Below are positions 36,896 to 49,399 of a DNA stretch of 64,000 nt, piece by piece. The stretch comes from Octopus vulgaris (Eukaryota). The notes beneath the pieces are model-generated. The model did no database searches. It was not told the origin of the DNA and saw only the letters and a program-made list of their open reading frames with translations. The stretch spans positions 52,328,001-52,392,000 of the forward strand of contig OX597830.1 in NCBI GenBank assembly GCA_951406725.2, given 5' to 3'. Position 1 is the stretch's first letter; the number at the start of each line of letters is the position of its first letter. The position numbers and the translations under genes are program-made.

Positions 36896-37425
36896 CGGTG
36901 ATGGTGGTGACGGTGATGGTGGAGGTAATGGCGGCGAAGATAACGACGTCGACGGCGACAATGATTATGATGATGATAATTGTGTCGGTGGTGGTGGTGG
37001 TGGTGGTGGTGGTGGCGCTTCTGCTGTTGCTGCTGCTGTTGTTACTGTTGCTGCTTGTTTCGGTGGGGTCAGTGTGACAGTGGTGGTGTGGGGGGGAGGG
37101 AATTGTCTACTGCTGCGGCTTTTTTAATGTAGTTGGCAGAAGCGGCGGCAGTGGCTGTGGTAGCGGTGGGGATGGTGGTGACGATGATTATGATGACGAT
37201 GATGACGATGATGATGACAACGGTAATGGTAGTAGTGTTGGTGGTGACGATGACGATAATGATGATGATAAAAACGATGAAGGTGATTGTGGCAGTGGTG
37301 GTGGTGGTGGTGGTGGTATGGTGGTGGTGGTGGTGGTGGTGGTGGTGGTGGTGGTGGTGGTGGTGGTGGTGGTGGGTGGTGGTGGTGGTATTGGTGGTGG
37401 TATTGGTGGCAGGATGGTGTTGATG
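36345..37425. repeat. ~1.1-kb (GGT)n/(GAT)n trinucleotide tract
   Basis: Direct reading. Confidence 0.93.
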
Positions 37426-37518
37426 GTTGCAGTGATTTCGGTTTATGTTATATATTACTTTCTAAGTATATTTATTTTAATTATAGTTATTGAATTATTC
37501 ATTTTATTTACATATCTT

Positions 37519-37913
37519 CTTTTATTCTTTTATTTGTTTCAGTCATTTGACAGCGGTCATGTTGCAGCACCGCCTTTAGTCGAACAAATCGACCCCAGGA
37601 CTTACTCTCTACAAGCCTAGTACTTGTTCTATCCGCCCCTGTTGCCGAATCGCGATAATTTACGGAGACGTAAACACACCAACATCGGTTGTCAAGCGAT
37701 GGTGGGAGAACAAGCACATATATATATATACACACACATATATATATATATATACGACGGGCTTCATTCAGTTTCCGTCTACCAAATCCACTCACAAGGT
37801 TTTGGTCGGCCCGAGACTATAGCAGAAGACACTTGCCCAAGATGCCACGCAGTGGGACTGAACCCGGAACCATGTGGTTGGGAAGCAAGCTTCTTACCAC
37901 ACAGCCTCCGCCT
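37519..37913 (-). mobile_element. Full-length CORE-like SINE
   Basis: Reverse complement is collinear with 7099-7557. Confidence 0.88.
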
Positions 37914-38289
37914 AAATTCACCTCAATCCACCCACTTAAAAATATACTGCGTTCTTCTGTTCTAAGTTAAATATGGTGCATACTTATTACCACCTCCGTA
38001 GCTGCTGCCACTGCTGCTGGCTTCATTATGAAACAACAACAACAACACAGCCAAAACAAAGCCACAATAACAATAACAACAGCATTAACAACAACAACAA
38101 CAACAACAACAACGACTCAGGTATTCTGTTAAATAAACGAGTTTAAAATAGAAAAAAAAAAGAACGTGCATGGAATCCTTCGTTTCAATAACAATATTGT
38201 TTTAGAGCATTCGATTAATTTCATTTGGTTCCTCATATTATCGATTTCATCAGCACCACCACCTCCAACGACGACGATCGCCACTAACA

Positions 38290-38364
38290 TCTTCTTCATC
38301 ATCAACATCATCATCATCATCGTCCTTATCGTCATCATCACCATCATCACCACCACCACCAATG

Positions 38365-38418
<54 letters not shown>

Positions 38419-38451
38419 CCACCATCCTTATCGTCATTCTCATCATCATCG

Positions 38452-38482
<31 letters not shown>

Positions 38483-38548
38483 TATCATCATCATATCGTT
38501 GGTGTCATCATCATTATCACCACCACCACCACCACCATCACCAACACC
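38290..38548. repeat. (CAT)n/(CAC)n tract
   Basis: Direct reading. Confidence 0.93.
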
Positions 38549-38770
38549 AGTGTTGCTATCGATATTATCATCCGATACTCACAAAATATTGTGCCTTTAT
38601 TACATTATGTGCAATTTGTGGTGGTGGAGTTTGGGTTGTCGTGGGCGGTGGGATTGGTAACTGCGGTAGTTGTGGGAATGATGTGGATTGCCATCATGTT
38701 TTCTTCAGATGATTCAGTAATGAGACATTTGTTGTATATCTCTGTGTGTGCGCGCATCTATATGTGTGTG

Positions 38771-38848
<78 letters not shown>

Positions 38849-38885
38849 CTTTTGTATATGTGTAAATACATATATATATATATAC

Positions 38886-38924
<39 letters not shown>

Positions 38925-39097
38925 GGTCCCGGGTTGAGTCGGGGTTAACCACAGTAAGTAAGGTACTCAATACATAGCAGAGTAAATTAATTTATTTTAT
39001 AGAAGGAGCTTCTACAGGACTAGAACTGTTTCATATGCGTATATGTATATGTATATACACATATACAAAAGCCTATATATATATGCATATATATGCG

Positions 39098-39137
<40 letters not shown>

Positions 39138-39477
39138 CACGCACAGACACACACACACACACACATTGTAAGTTGCTTGAAGCATTGCAATGTGTAAATG
39201 AGATAAATATTTTTAAGAAGACCTTTAGGCAACGCAAGTAAGAAACTTGCCAAAATATCTAAGGTGATGTTAAATACAAACAAGGAGGAGATATTATATC
39301 ATTACCTTAAATAGGTTGTTTAATGTTCTATTATATTTCGGAAAAGATTCCCCTTATCAAATATACAAAGGAAATAATCCAGGAGTTCGGAGAAAAACTG
39401 TCATTATCGGCAGGTCAAGTTTTTATTTTGCCTAACTTCTCACCAGCATTGCTTAAAGGTTTTTAAATACATTTACA

Positions 39478-39531
<54 letters not shown>

Positions 39532-39932
39532 GCGTTGGTGAAAGAACGAGTTGTTTTCCATGTTGTACAGTTATTACTGTTGCCCTCATCAGTGAGAAAT
39601 AGTGAACCGCTAGACTGAAAATAGTTATACAATATATTGTGTTGTTGTTGATGATAATGGTGATCATGATGATGATAATGATGGAGTTAGTGGTGGTGGT
39701 GGTGGTGGTGGTGGTGGTGGTGACCGCGGCAGCGGTGGTGGTGAAGATACACAAGTTATGAGGGAGATTCAACTATTATTACTTGCAGATGGAGTTACCC
39801 CGTACGGGTTCCCTTCTTGTATGGTGTATATGTGTGAGTGTATATGATGTGTTGATTTCTCCGTATGTGTACATGCGTGCGCATGTTTAGTTATGGATTG
39901 TATGTTTATGCGTATAATCTTTAACTTTTTGA

Positions 39933-39974
39933 CTAGTTTCAGCTCGAAAGCTGCGGCAATGATGGGGCGCCGCC
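39933..39974 (-). mobile_element. Isolated 3' tail of the CR1/L2-group LINE family
   Basis: Minus strand ggcggcgccccatcattgccgcagctttcgagctgaaactag resembles LINE tail 10527-10568. Confidence 0.7.
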
Positions 39975-40024
39975 GTTTATTGAGGCACCGTCATTGTATG
40001 TTTAGTAATACGTGTTAAGTAGGT

Positions 40025-40243
40025 AAGGCGGCGAACTGGCAGAATCGTTAGCACGCCTGGCAAAATGCTTAGCAGCATTTCGTCCGTCTTTACGTTCTGA
40101 GTTCAAATTCCACCGAGGTTGACTTTGCTTTTCATTTCTTTCGGGAATCGATATAATAAGTACAAGTTGAATACTAGAGACGATATAATCGACTTATCCC
40201 CTCCTGTGAATTTGCTGGCCTTGTGCCAAAAGTTGAAGCCAAT
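40025..40243 (+). mobile_element. Full-length Meta-type SINE (B tail)
   Basis: aaggcggcgaactggcagaatcgttagcacg...ctggccttgtgccaaaagttgaa. Confidence 0.87.
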
Positions 40244-40362
40244 ATGCGTTAAGTAGGTGGTATGTTTGTATAGATATGTGTGCATGTGTATGTGCTAATT
40301 AAGTATTGTGTATATATTATATGTGTTTGTGTGAATATACATACATATATATGTATATATAT

Positions 40363-40424
<62 letters not shown>

Positions 40425-40559
40425 TTCTGTGCTTCCACTTCAGATCACGGTTTTCAGTTCCCTAGAGAAATGTTGCATGCGTTAGCGCATAAAGAAAGTA
40501 TTGTCAAGTTGTGAGTTCAAATTTTGTTTCCCCTCCAATCAAAATTGACTGCAAGCGGT

Positions 40560-41760
40560 AATCAATTAAAACTGATTTGTATACAGATTTAACGTACTTC
40601 ATCTTTGAATTCTCCGACCCCCACATCCCATAAATCTTAACCGGGATCTGAGAAACGTTGTTGGAATTGTAGTTTCAGACAAGTGAATGAAGAATGTCTT
40701 AAACGAACTCAAAAGGAATTGTAAAATTCTGTTTCTTGGTCCTGCTTTTCACGGCAAGGGAAACGGTTGAAGTTCTTTGTCGTTAGTTAAGAGTGAAAAG
40801 ATTGGGGTAATTTATGTCAAAAAGCTTTTACTGTGGAGTATATGTCAAGTACAAACTAAGAATTGTCATATAATGGAAGGTTGAAATTGTTAAGATGTAT
40901 CATAAAGTCAATCAAGATTACCAAATTTCACGGCCACTTACCATCTGCCAATAGAGACTGAGCATAATTTCTCATTCAGAAAATGTCAACGTCCGTCCGA
41001 ACATTAAATAACTTTACTATTACTAAGCCACCTTACTGCAGTAGTGTGGTACCATAAATCATTATATTCACCTTACATTTCTTTCAAAGATATTTGAGGC
41101 TGACATTGACTGAGTGACACACTACCAAATAAATGTTTTTCGCGAAATACCTTACGATAAATGATGAAGAGAGATACACGAGGTTTTTGTATTCTATACA
41201 CAAAAGCTTTGAAGATTCGTCATATGAAAATATTTTTCCTTTGCCCAGTATGTTTCTTTTTACCGCTTTCATTGTAATACGCTTTAGAACATTTCCAAAC
41301 ATCTGAGTTAGTTGCGTGTTTTTTGCCCCTTTGAAAATATTTTCACCGGTAGTTCTTTCAAACACGCTGCTCACGGAAACTCTATCTTCCGTCACTTCAA
41401 AGTCAGTATTAATTTTTCGAATAAACATAAGCAGCATGAAATTGTCAGACACGTCTGTCGATTAATCAAAAGATAGAGACAGAGAAAATTATTGGAACTC
41501 TTCTGCTTTATAGTTTAATTGGTCCAGAATGGTGATTCCTGTGTCTTTGACTCCTTGTTTGTGCAGAAAGATTAATGTTTTTCAATAAATTCATTTTTGA
41601 CTGACGGTAAATAATTCCTTCTCTTTAGCTTTCAAACAAGCATTAAGTACAGTTTCATTATAGAGTTTCATCATAGAGATAAAATTCTGTTTCATATTTA
41701 CCTCTCCTGTTAGATGAGAAAAACGAAATGAATGTTTTGTTGTTTATTTTTTTCTTAGGT
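40560..41760 (-). mobile_element. Highly decayed hAT (Charlie/SPIN-group) transposase remnant
   Basis: SLSFD*STDVSDNFMLLMFIRKINTDFEVTED..RTTGENIFK resembles the DESTD..D.AQL.IFIR....F.VTEE..TTG.DIF motif; boundaries are uncertain. Confidence 0.6.
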
Positions 41761-41807
41761 AATGTCCATGTATATTATATCCCTTTAGAACCGCAATAGT
41801 CTCTCAT

Positions 41808-42012
41808 ATTGGTTTCAAAGTTTGGCACAAGACCAGCAGTTTTGGGGAAAGGGTAAGTCGATTAAATTGCCCCCAGTGTTCAACTGGTACTTATTTTGTC
41901 GTCTCCGAAAGGATAAAAGACAAAGTCGACCCCGGCGGAATTTGAACTCGAAACGTAAAGACGGACGAAATACCGCTGAACATTTAGCAACGATTCTGCC
42001 AGTTTGCCGCCT
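41808..42012 (-). mobile_element. Meta-type SINE with TSD
   Basis: Flanked by caatagtctctcatatt at ~41794-41810 and ~42014-42030. Confidence 0.87.
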
Positions 42013-42362
42013 ACAATAGTCTCTCATATTAAGCACAATACTTTGTTGTTGTTTTAAAGTTTAAAAAAAAATTCTATTCACTATGTATGTATGTATGTAT
42101 GTATGCATGTATGTACGTATGTATGTATGTATGTATGCATGTATGTACGTATGTATGTATGTATGTATGTATGTATGTATGTGTGCGTGCGTATAAATCA
42201 CAAAAGAATTGCACGAACATCGAGGAGCGAGAAGAAGAGTTATCAATACGTATGGCAGAGTTTTATGATTTCTATTATCGGCTGAAAATTTCATTAACGG
42301 TTGCTCCTAGTTTCACGGTCCTGTTCTTCGGGTGGCAGTTAATGTCTGAGCAGACACCACTA

Positions 42363-42459
<97 letters not shown>

Positions 42460-42835
42460 ACTTCCTTCATAAAAAAATACGCGAAGGTGTTTGAATATGC
42501 TGTTGGGTTCTGAATGGGAACAGTAAGAAGTGAACCGCCATGTTTTTGTGTTTCGTATTCGATCGCTTGGGGTAAATATCAGTGTTACTCTGGTTTTAAG
42601 AAAGATATATGAATATTAAATTATTTTCCTCTGGTGAAAAAATATATTTGAAAATATGTGATAAAAGATTATAATTTTATGAAAATATAAAGCTATGAAA
42701 ATATTTGAGAAATATATGTATGTGTATATGTGTGAGTGCGCGTATACATGCGTGTGTATGTATATATGTGTGTATTTATGTACATATGTATATATATATA
42801 TATACACACACACACATATATATGTGTACATATGC

Positions 42836-42893
<58 letters not shown>

Positions 42894-43642
42894 GTATGTA
42901 TGCATGCATTATGTATCTATGTATGAATATATATTCTTAAATTCACCATTTTTATCATATATTTTAAATACATTTTTCATCTAAGAAATTGGTTTTGCGT
43001 GTGTTCGTGTGTGTGTTTCTGTGAATGTGTGCGTGTGAGTGTGTGTCAATTTTGTTTTGTTTTTTTTTAACAAGAATCTGCCTCCATCCTCTGCAGTTCC
43101 ATCAATTTATACTTCAAAGATATTACACCAAAACTTCTGAAATGGAACTTCGATTGGGTATTGGTTAATTCTTCGGTTAAATTTTTTTTTTGTGTGAATT
43201 CTTTATAAATCACTACGATCTTCGTGCAAGTTAGCTACAATAGATTTGTTTACCGAAAGAACAAAAACACGCTTGATGTGGTGAATGGTTCGTAACATTG
43301 TAACGGTGGCATATCATGAGTTCCAACTCTGACACTTAACTCTGAGTTGGTTTAACAAATACTCCCATCAATAGTTCTGTTTCAAATTGGCACCGTGTGT
43401 AAAGTGCAGTTTACTGCTACGTTCACTTCACCTGTACTTACTTCAACTTCCAATACAGCAAGTTCATAAAGAAATGCTGGCCTAGTGCCAAAATTTAAAA
43501 TCATCATCATCATCACAGTATCCAATATTGCGATGCTGTTGATTGAATATATTGTGTCTACCGGAGATTTGTACTGTCTGTCAAGCCACAACAAGGACCT
43601 CAGACACAAAGTACTTTACGCAATGTGCATACAGTTCCAAGT

Positions 43643-44025
43643 TGTGGAGGCGCAATGGCCCAGTGGTTAGGGCAGCGGACTCGCGGTCGGAGGATCGCGG
43701 TTGCGATTCCCAGACCGGGCATTGTGAGTGCTTATTGAGCGAAAACACCTAAAGCTCCACGAGGCTCCGGCAGGGGGGGGTGAACCCTGCTGTACTCTTT
43801 CACCACAACTTTCTCTCGCTCTTTCTTCCTGTTTCTCTTGTACCTGTATTTCAAAGGGCCAGCCTTGTCACACTCTGTGTCACTTTGAATCTCCTCGAGA
43901 ACTACGTTAAGGGTACACGTGTCTGTGGAGTGCTCAACCACTTGCACGTTAATATCACGAGCAAGCTGTTCCGTTGATCGTATCAGCTGGGACCCTCATC
44001 GTCGCAACCGACGGAGTGCTCCTAC
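43643..44025 (+). mobile_element. Full-length tRNA-derived SINE (third family) with 13-bp TSD
   Basis: Head ggaggcgcaatggcccagtggttagggcagcggactcgcg..ggttgcgattccc; TSD tacagttccaagt at 43630-43642 and 44026-44038. Confidence 0.9.
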
Positions 44026-44045
44026 TACAGTTCCAAGTAATGCTG

Positions 44046-44262
44046 AAGGCGGTGAGTCGATAAAATCGTTAACACGCTGGGCAAGATGCTTAGCGGCATT
44101 TCGCCCGTCTTTACGTTCTGAGTTCAAATTCCGCCGAGGTCGACTTTGCCTTTCATCTTTTCGAGGTCGATGAAATAAGCACCCATGGAACACTAGGGTC
44201 GATGTAATCGACTTGCCCCCTCTCCCTAAATTTCAGGCCTTGTCCCTATAGTAGAAAGGATT
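44046..44262 (+). mobile_element. Meta-type SINE
   Basis: gagttcaaattccgccgaggtcgactttgcctttcatc..gtcgat..tcaggccttgtccctatagtagaaagga. Confidence 0.87.
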
Positions 44263-44558
44263 ATCATCATCATCATCATCATCATTCAACGATTTAACAG
44301 TTTTCAGAAATTTATTTATCCACAAAATGACTGCTATCGTCATATATTTTATGATTCATGTGTTTTTCTTAACAGTTTCAATTCTATTTTTTTCAATTCT
44401 ATGTTTTTAGGTAGATTTATGTTGTTCGTCTAATATTTCTGCTTGAGGAATTATTCTGGGAGGCGTAGACACCGCAGTTGCAAACCTGTGGGAACATTTT
44501 ATTCTCAATCCCACAAGTTTGTGTCCTACATAATGCGCACGCACGTATGATTGCGCGC

Positions 44559-44675
<117 letters not shown>

Positions 44676-45073
44676 ATAATTCACTGCTCAAACAGGTCTG
44701 CTGAGTTTCCCCCCTTCAATTACACATAAAATAAGCACGTGAATGAGTTAATTGCTGGGGTCGATAATATCTCCCCGGCAATTTTTTATTAAAACCCTTT
44801 AGTCTATATGTCTGTGTGTGTGTCTGTCTGTCTTTGCGTGTGTATGTATGTATATGTGTGTGCATATATATATATATAAACGCGCGCATGCTCACACACA
44901 CACAGAAACAGAGAAAAGAAGGGTGGAACAGACATATTGATATCGATTATATACGTATATATCCATATAGCCACGCATGTACACATACACATATATACAT
45001 ACGTACATATACACACACATGTGTGTGTACAGGTATGTGTACATGTATGTATATATGTATATATATATATATT

Positions 45074-45127
<54 letters not shown>

Positions 45128-45569
45128 ATATATATATATATACATATATGATATATATATGATATATATATATTTATTTATATATATATATATATATATA
45201 CATACATATATATGATCTATATATATACATAAATATATGATAGATAGATATATTTAAATATATATACATATACACACACATATATATATAATCAAATAAA
45301 AGGCATCAATAACGAATTATTGTAAGAAACTGCATCAAATTTAACCACGTTTAATAATCATACGCTTCTAATGAAATTAAATGAAGCTAATTAAGTTTTG
45401 ACGACCAAACATCTAATTTAAATATTTCATAGAATAAAACATTAAGATGGCGATCCTTAGAACTGAACTCGCTTTCAATGCTTCCTTCGCTTCCACGCCC
45501 CCCCCCCTTTGCCTCTTCTCCATTCTTTTGTTTGCCTTCATCACATTATGCGTTTTCTTGTTCATCGTT

Positions 45570-45688
45570 TCCTCTTCCTCCTCCTCCTCTTCCTTCTTCT
45601 TCTTCTTCTTCTTCTTCTTCTTCTTCTTCTTCTTCTTCTTCTTCTTCTTCTTCCCAATTCTTTTTCCCAGTCTTCTGTCCCATTCTCT

Positions 45689-45721
<33 letters not shown>

Positions 45722-45905
45722 TGTAGACTACCTGGACCCTCCATCCACCACCGTTACTACTACCTCTTGTTGCTTTTGTTGTTTCATCGAGATTATTGTC
45801 GGGAGAGGTCAATAGCTGGAGTACCATGTAGCCAGGGTTTCAGAATGCTCTCATTCACATGGGGTGGCGCTATTCTCTATTAATGTCCGCAGTGCTTTCT
45901 TTGTT

Positions 45906-45955
<50 letters not shown>

Positions 45956-46031
45956 TAATAACAATAATAATAATAACAATAACAATAATAATAATAATAG
46001 CAATAATAACAATAATAATAATAACAATAAC

Positions 46032-46072
<41 letters not shown>

Positions 46073-46076
46073 TAAC

Positions 46077-46114
<38 letters not shown>

Positions 46115-46245
46115 CAACAACAATAATAATAATAACAACAACAACAACAATAACAATAATAATAATAACAACAACAACAACAACAACAAGAACAACAACA
46201 ACAGCAACAACAACAACAACAACAACAATAATAATAATTATTTAT
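45570..46245. repeat. (TTC)n, (CTA)n and long (AAT/AAC)n microsatellites with short unique spacers
   Basis: Direct reading. Confidence 0.9.
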
Positions 46246-46260
46246 TTATTCATTTACCAC

Positions 46261-47190
46261 AATTTCATTTATTTACCACAAGGGTAAAGGATGAGGGGGA
46301 CAATAATATAAAAACCGACATAAAGCGTTGGGGTTTACACATAATGAAATGATTAAAAATATGTAAGTATACACGGTATACACTGAAAAGGAAGGGACAT
46401 ATGCATAGCATACAAAGATTTCGAAAAAATCGAGGAACTCCACTGTTCGAGATTTCCCTGAAACCCCAAGAGCAAGTGCCCTCTCCAATTTCTTCTCTCT
46501 GACTCACAGAGAGTTACCATCTACTCTTGCCATTTTCGCAACTTTCACCTACCTTTCAATAAACTCACTCGAGGACAACACTTCCCTCTCCACTCTCAGT
46601 TTCCTTTTCAAATGAAACTTGAAGAAGTCAATGAGAGATCTACCAAAGAGAAATATATCTGTCCTCATGCCTTTCAACCTTGTCAACCAAACAATCTCTT
46701 TCATCAAAGCCACCAGGCAAAGGAAAACTGTTTTGCCTACCCGATTGAAGGACGGCGACGGGGCATCATCACTATAGATTCGGCCGATAGACGGGTCCGT
46801 CCCACGCGTAACAACTGCTGTTCGACATAACCCCACAAGTCAGTAATGCTCGGACACTGAACGAGGACGTGCAGAACGGTTTCGTCATTCTGCGCGCACC
46901 TCGGACAAGCCTGTCTGACAGCATATCCGTGCCTGTAAAGTTTATCTCGAACCGGTAGCACTGCCAGGCCAAAGACATCTGGAAATTATCCATGATAATT
47001 CCCGACCGGAAAGTCCTCCGGAACAGACAAGCCAGTTCGTTCTCGTTGGCGCCCATTCTCCCTGGGAACGTCGTCGCACTTTCCCGCCACTAATCCTCTA
47101 TAAATTTTTAAAGCGAAACATCCATCGATCTCATTGCCCGACTGGTAGAGGCCTGTGAGCACCTGACGACATTCTAGGTGCCAGGCGATG
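46261..47190 (-). mobile_element. Tx1/L1-like LINE 3' fragment
   Basis: LPVRDKLYRHG..CPRCAQNDETVLHVLVQC (zf-RVT-type CCHC) and FFKFHLKRKLRVERE, followed by a 3' UTR ending at (ATT)n. Confidence 0.8.
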
Positions 47191-47191
47191 C

Positions 47192-47382
47192 CTTTCTACT
47201 ATAGGCACAAGGCCTGGAATTTAAGGGGAGGGGCCAGTCGATTGGATCGACCTCAGAACGCAACTGGTACTTAATTTATCGACCCCAAAATGATGAAAGA
47301 CAAAGTCAACCTCGGTGGAATTTGAACTCAGAACGTAAAGACGGAGGAAATGCTGCTAAGCATTTATCACGGTAGCTCTGCC

Positions 47383-47384
<2 letters not shown>
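47192..47384 (-). mobile_element. Meta-type SINE
   Basis: ctttctactataggcacaaggcc..actggtacttaatttatcgacccc..aatttgaactcagaacg. Confidence 0.85.
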
Positions 47385-47457
<73 letters not shown>

Positions 47458-47459
<2 letters not shown>

Positions 47460-48017
47460 CCTTTTTTATTGGCCATAAGAAGGGCCGAACACAAAAGCAT
47501 ATAGGAACAAAACAAAAAACAATGGACAAGTGGCATTTAAAAAAAAAGCCGAAAACGGGTAAACAATAAAAACAAAAACAAGAAAACGGTTAACAACAAC
47601 AAAAATAAAACAACAAAATTTCCTAATTGGAGAGTTCCACCCAGGGCCAAACAGGCACCCCACTGAATTCCCTAATTGGAGAGTTCCACCCAGGGCCAAA
47701 CAGGCACCCCACTGCCAAGAGTACGCCATGTAGGCATCTCTCTTCCCCTTAACTGCTCTGGCTTACAGATGTATATTCAGAGTAGGCCCATCGATGCGAG
47801 CCATTTTCGCAACATTCACCCACCTTTCAACAAAATTATTTGGGGGCAGTACTTCCCTCTCTACCCTCACTTTTCTTTTCAAGTGGAACTTGAGAAAATC
47901 GATGCGGTATCGGCCGAAGAGGAAAGTGTCTGTCTTCAGTTCTTTCGGTCTCATCCACCACTCTACTTCTTTTGCTATAGCAACCAGGCAGAGGAAAACT
48001 GCCTTTCCCTCCTGTAA
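47458..48017 (-). mobile_element. Tx1/L1-like LINE 3' fragment (second subfamily) with 48-bp internal tandem duplication
   Basis: KAVFLCLVAIAKEVEWW..FLKFHLKRKVRVEREVLPPNNFVERWV; duplication cctaattggagagttccacccagggccaaacaggcacccccactg x2 at ~47618-47714. Confidence 0.8.
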
Positions 48018-48019
48018 AG

Positions 48020-48595
48020 GGATACATCTGTAAATAACTTCCACTTATTCGGTTCATAAGTCAGTTCAAGGACATTGAATACTTCTTTGATATCATAACA
48101 ATAAGTCAAGTTGTTTTCCAAAGTGAAGAATTGCTGTAGATCTGCAGAACGCTTCCTAAATACTGTAATTCGAACATCTTTATCCAACAGGTTTCATTGT
48201 TGCAGCCGTGAGGCCAGGACTTCACACTGTTGCTTAGTAAGTGTTAGATCACGAACTACGATCATTGAGTTCGGGTTGGGTGATGAGGTGAGGTTTCTTT
48301 GTCAGATTCACCACGGATTTGGATCCATATGACTATAAAAATATTGAGTGTACTTTTATAATTTTCATAAGTTAGGTTGACAAATACCTTAGGAACACTC
48401 CATTAAAATTATATCAATATCCATTCATAACATTGAGAGTTGTCAATTTCGGGCCACTCTTGTTGGCACTCAATTCCTACGGAACCATCAGGGTATTTAA
48501 CGTAAATAAAATGATAATTTACGAGAAAGTAGAGGGTCAGAGAAAGAAAAAGATGTTATATTCGTGATCTACACACAAAACCCCCTAGAAAAGGT
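48020..48595 (-). mobile_element. Decayed DNA-transposon-like coding remnant, superfamily unassigned
   Basis: VRDLTLTKQQCEVLASRLQQ*NLLDKDVRITVFRKRSADLQQFF..YCYDI..YEPNKWKLFTD resembles a widespread invertebrate transposase family with a WRLFIDSS motif (recalled). Confidence 0.5.
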
Positions 48596-48827
48596 TACTC
48601 TCATTTCTGTCTTATATTCAATGTTGTACATTGTTATTATACAGTATTATTATTATTATTATTATATGTTTGAGTTTTGCTTTATATTTGTACAAGTTGG
48701 CTCCAAGTCTCACCCAGAGACCTCAAGAGACAACAGGTTGGAAGTTCATGTTGTTGTTATGCCTAGTGTGCCATATATTTGGGGGGGGAGTTTTTGGTGT
48801 TGTACTAATGAATGTCTAAAAAAAATT

Positions 48828-48892
<65 letters not shown>

Positions 48893-48900
48893 CTTTATTA

Positions 48901-48958
<58 letters not shown>

Positions 48959-49154
48959 CATTATTATTATTTATTATTATTCATTGCAGAATATATAAGA
49001 TGTGCTTTGAAACGCTCCAGGTTGATGCAGCTGCTTAAAGCATTTATTCACACCGGTTTGGTGCTTTTTTGCATTAATTATTTTATTCCAAATTGTCAAT
49101 AGAAACACAAGGAACCTGTTACTGGTTTTCTACGGTTGTTTAAACACTCTAGAG

Positions 49155-49355
49155 CAGTGTTTTTCAACCTTTTTGCTGGAGCGGAACCCCAAGGAAGCAT
49201 TCTACTGGCTCGAGGAACCCCTGTGCAATAATTTAATTGTCTTATGCACACATATCTGCACAGGAGAATTAAAAATTACTGTCGATTTTAGCATTTTTGT
49301 AACTTCTTGCGGAACCCCTAGACTGTACTGGCGGAACCCTGGTTTAAAACCACTG
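49155..49355. mobile_element. hAT (Charlie-like) MITE, ~200 bp
   Basis: TIRs CAGTGTTTTTCAACC / GGTTTAAAACCACTG; flanks ctctagag / ctctaata form a partial 8-bp TSD at an NTCTAGAN-type target; internal gcggaacccc repeats. Confidence 0.78.
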
Positions 49356-49399
49356 CTCTAATAAGTTCGGTGGGTGTTTAATTTAATTTAATCAAACAC

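Noticed and set aside
36345-38548. Long inverted repeat between the (GAT/GGT)n and (CAT/CAC)n tracts
   Set aside because: Complementarity is only that of simple repeats, with no unique shared sequence.
39545-39600. Minus-strand CTGATGA...GAAA
   Set aside because: Stem II lacks a closing pair and stem I does not form; at best a very decayed remnant.
41084-41452. GTF2IRD2/ZBED-like host gene
   Set aside because: A stop falls in the catalytic DESTD-like motif and the surroundings are degenerate; it is a transposase fossil.
43646-43718. Functional tRNA gene
   Set aside because: The tRNA-like head continues into a SINE body bounded by a TSD, with a second copy at 50084-50456.
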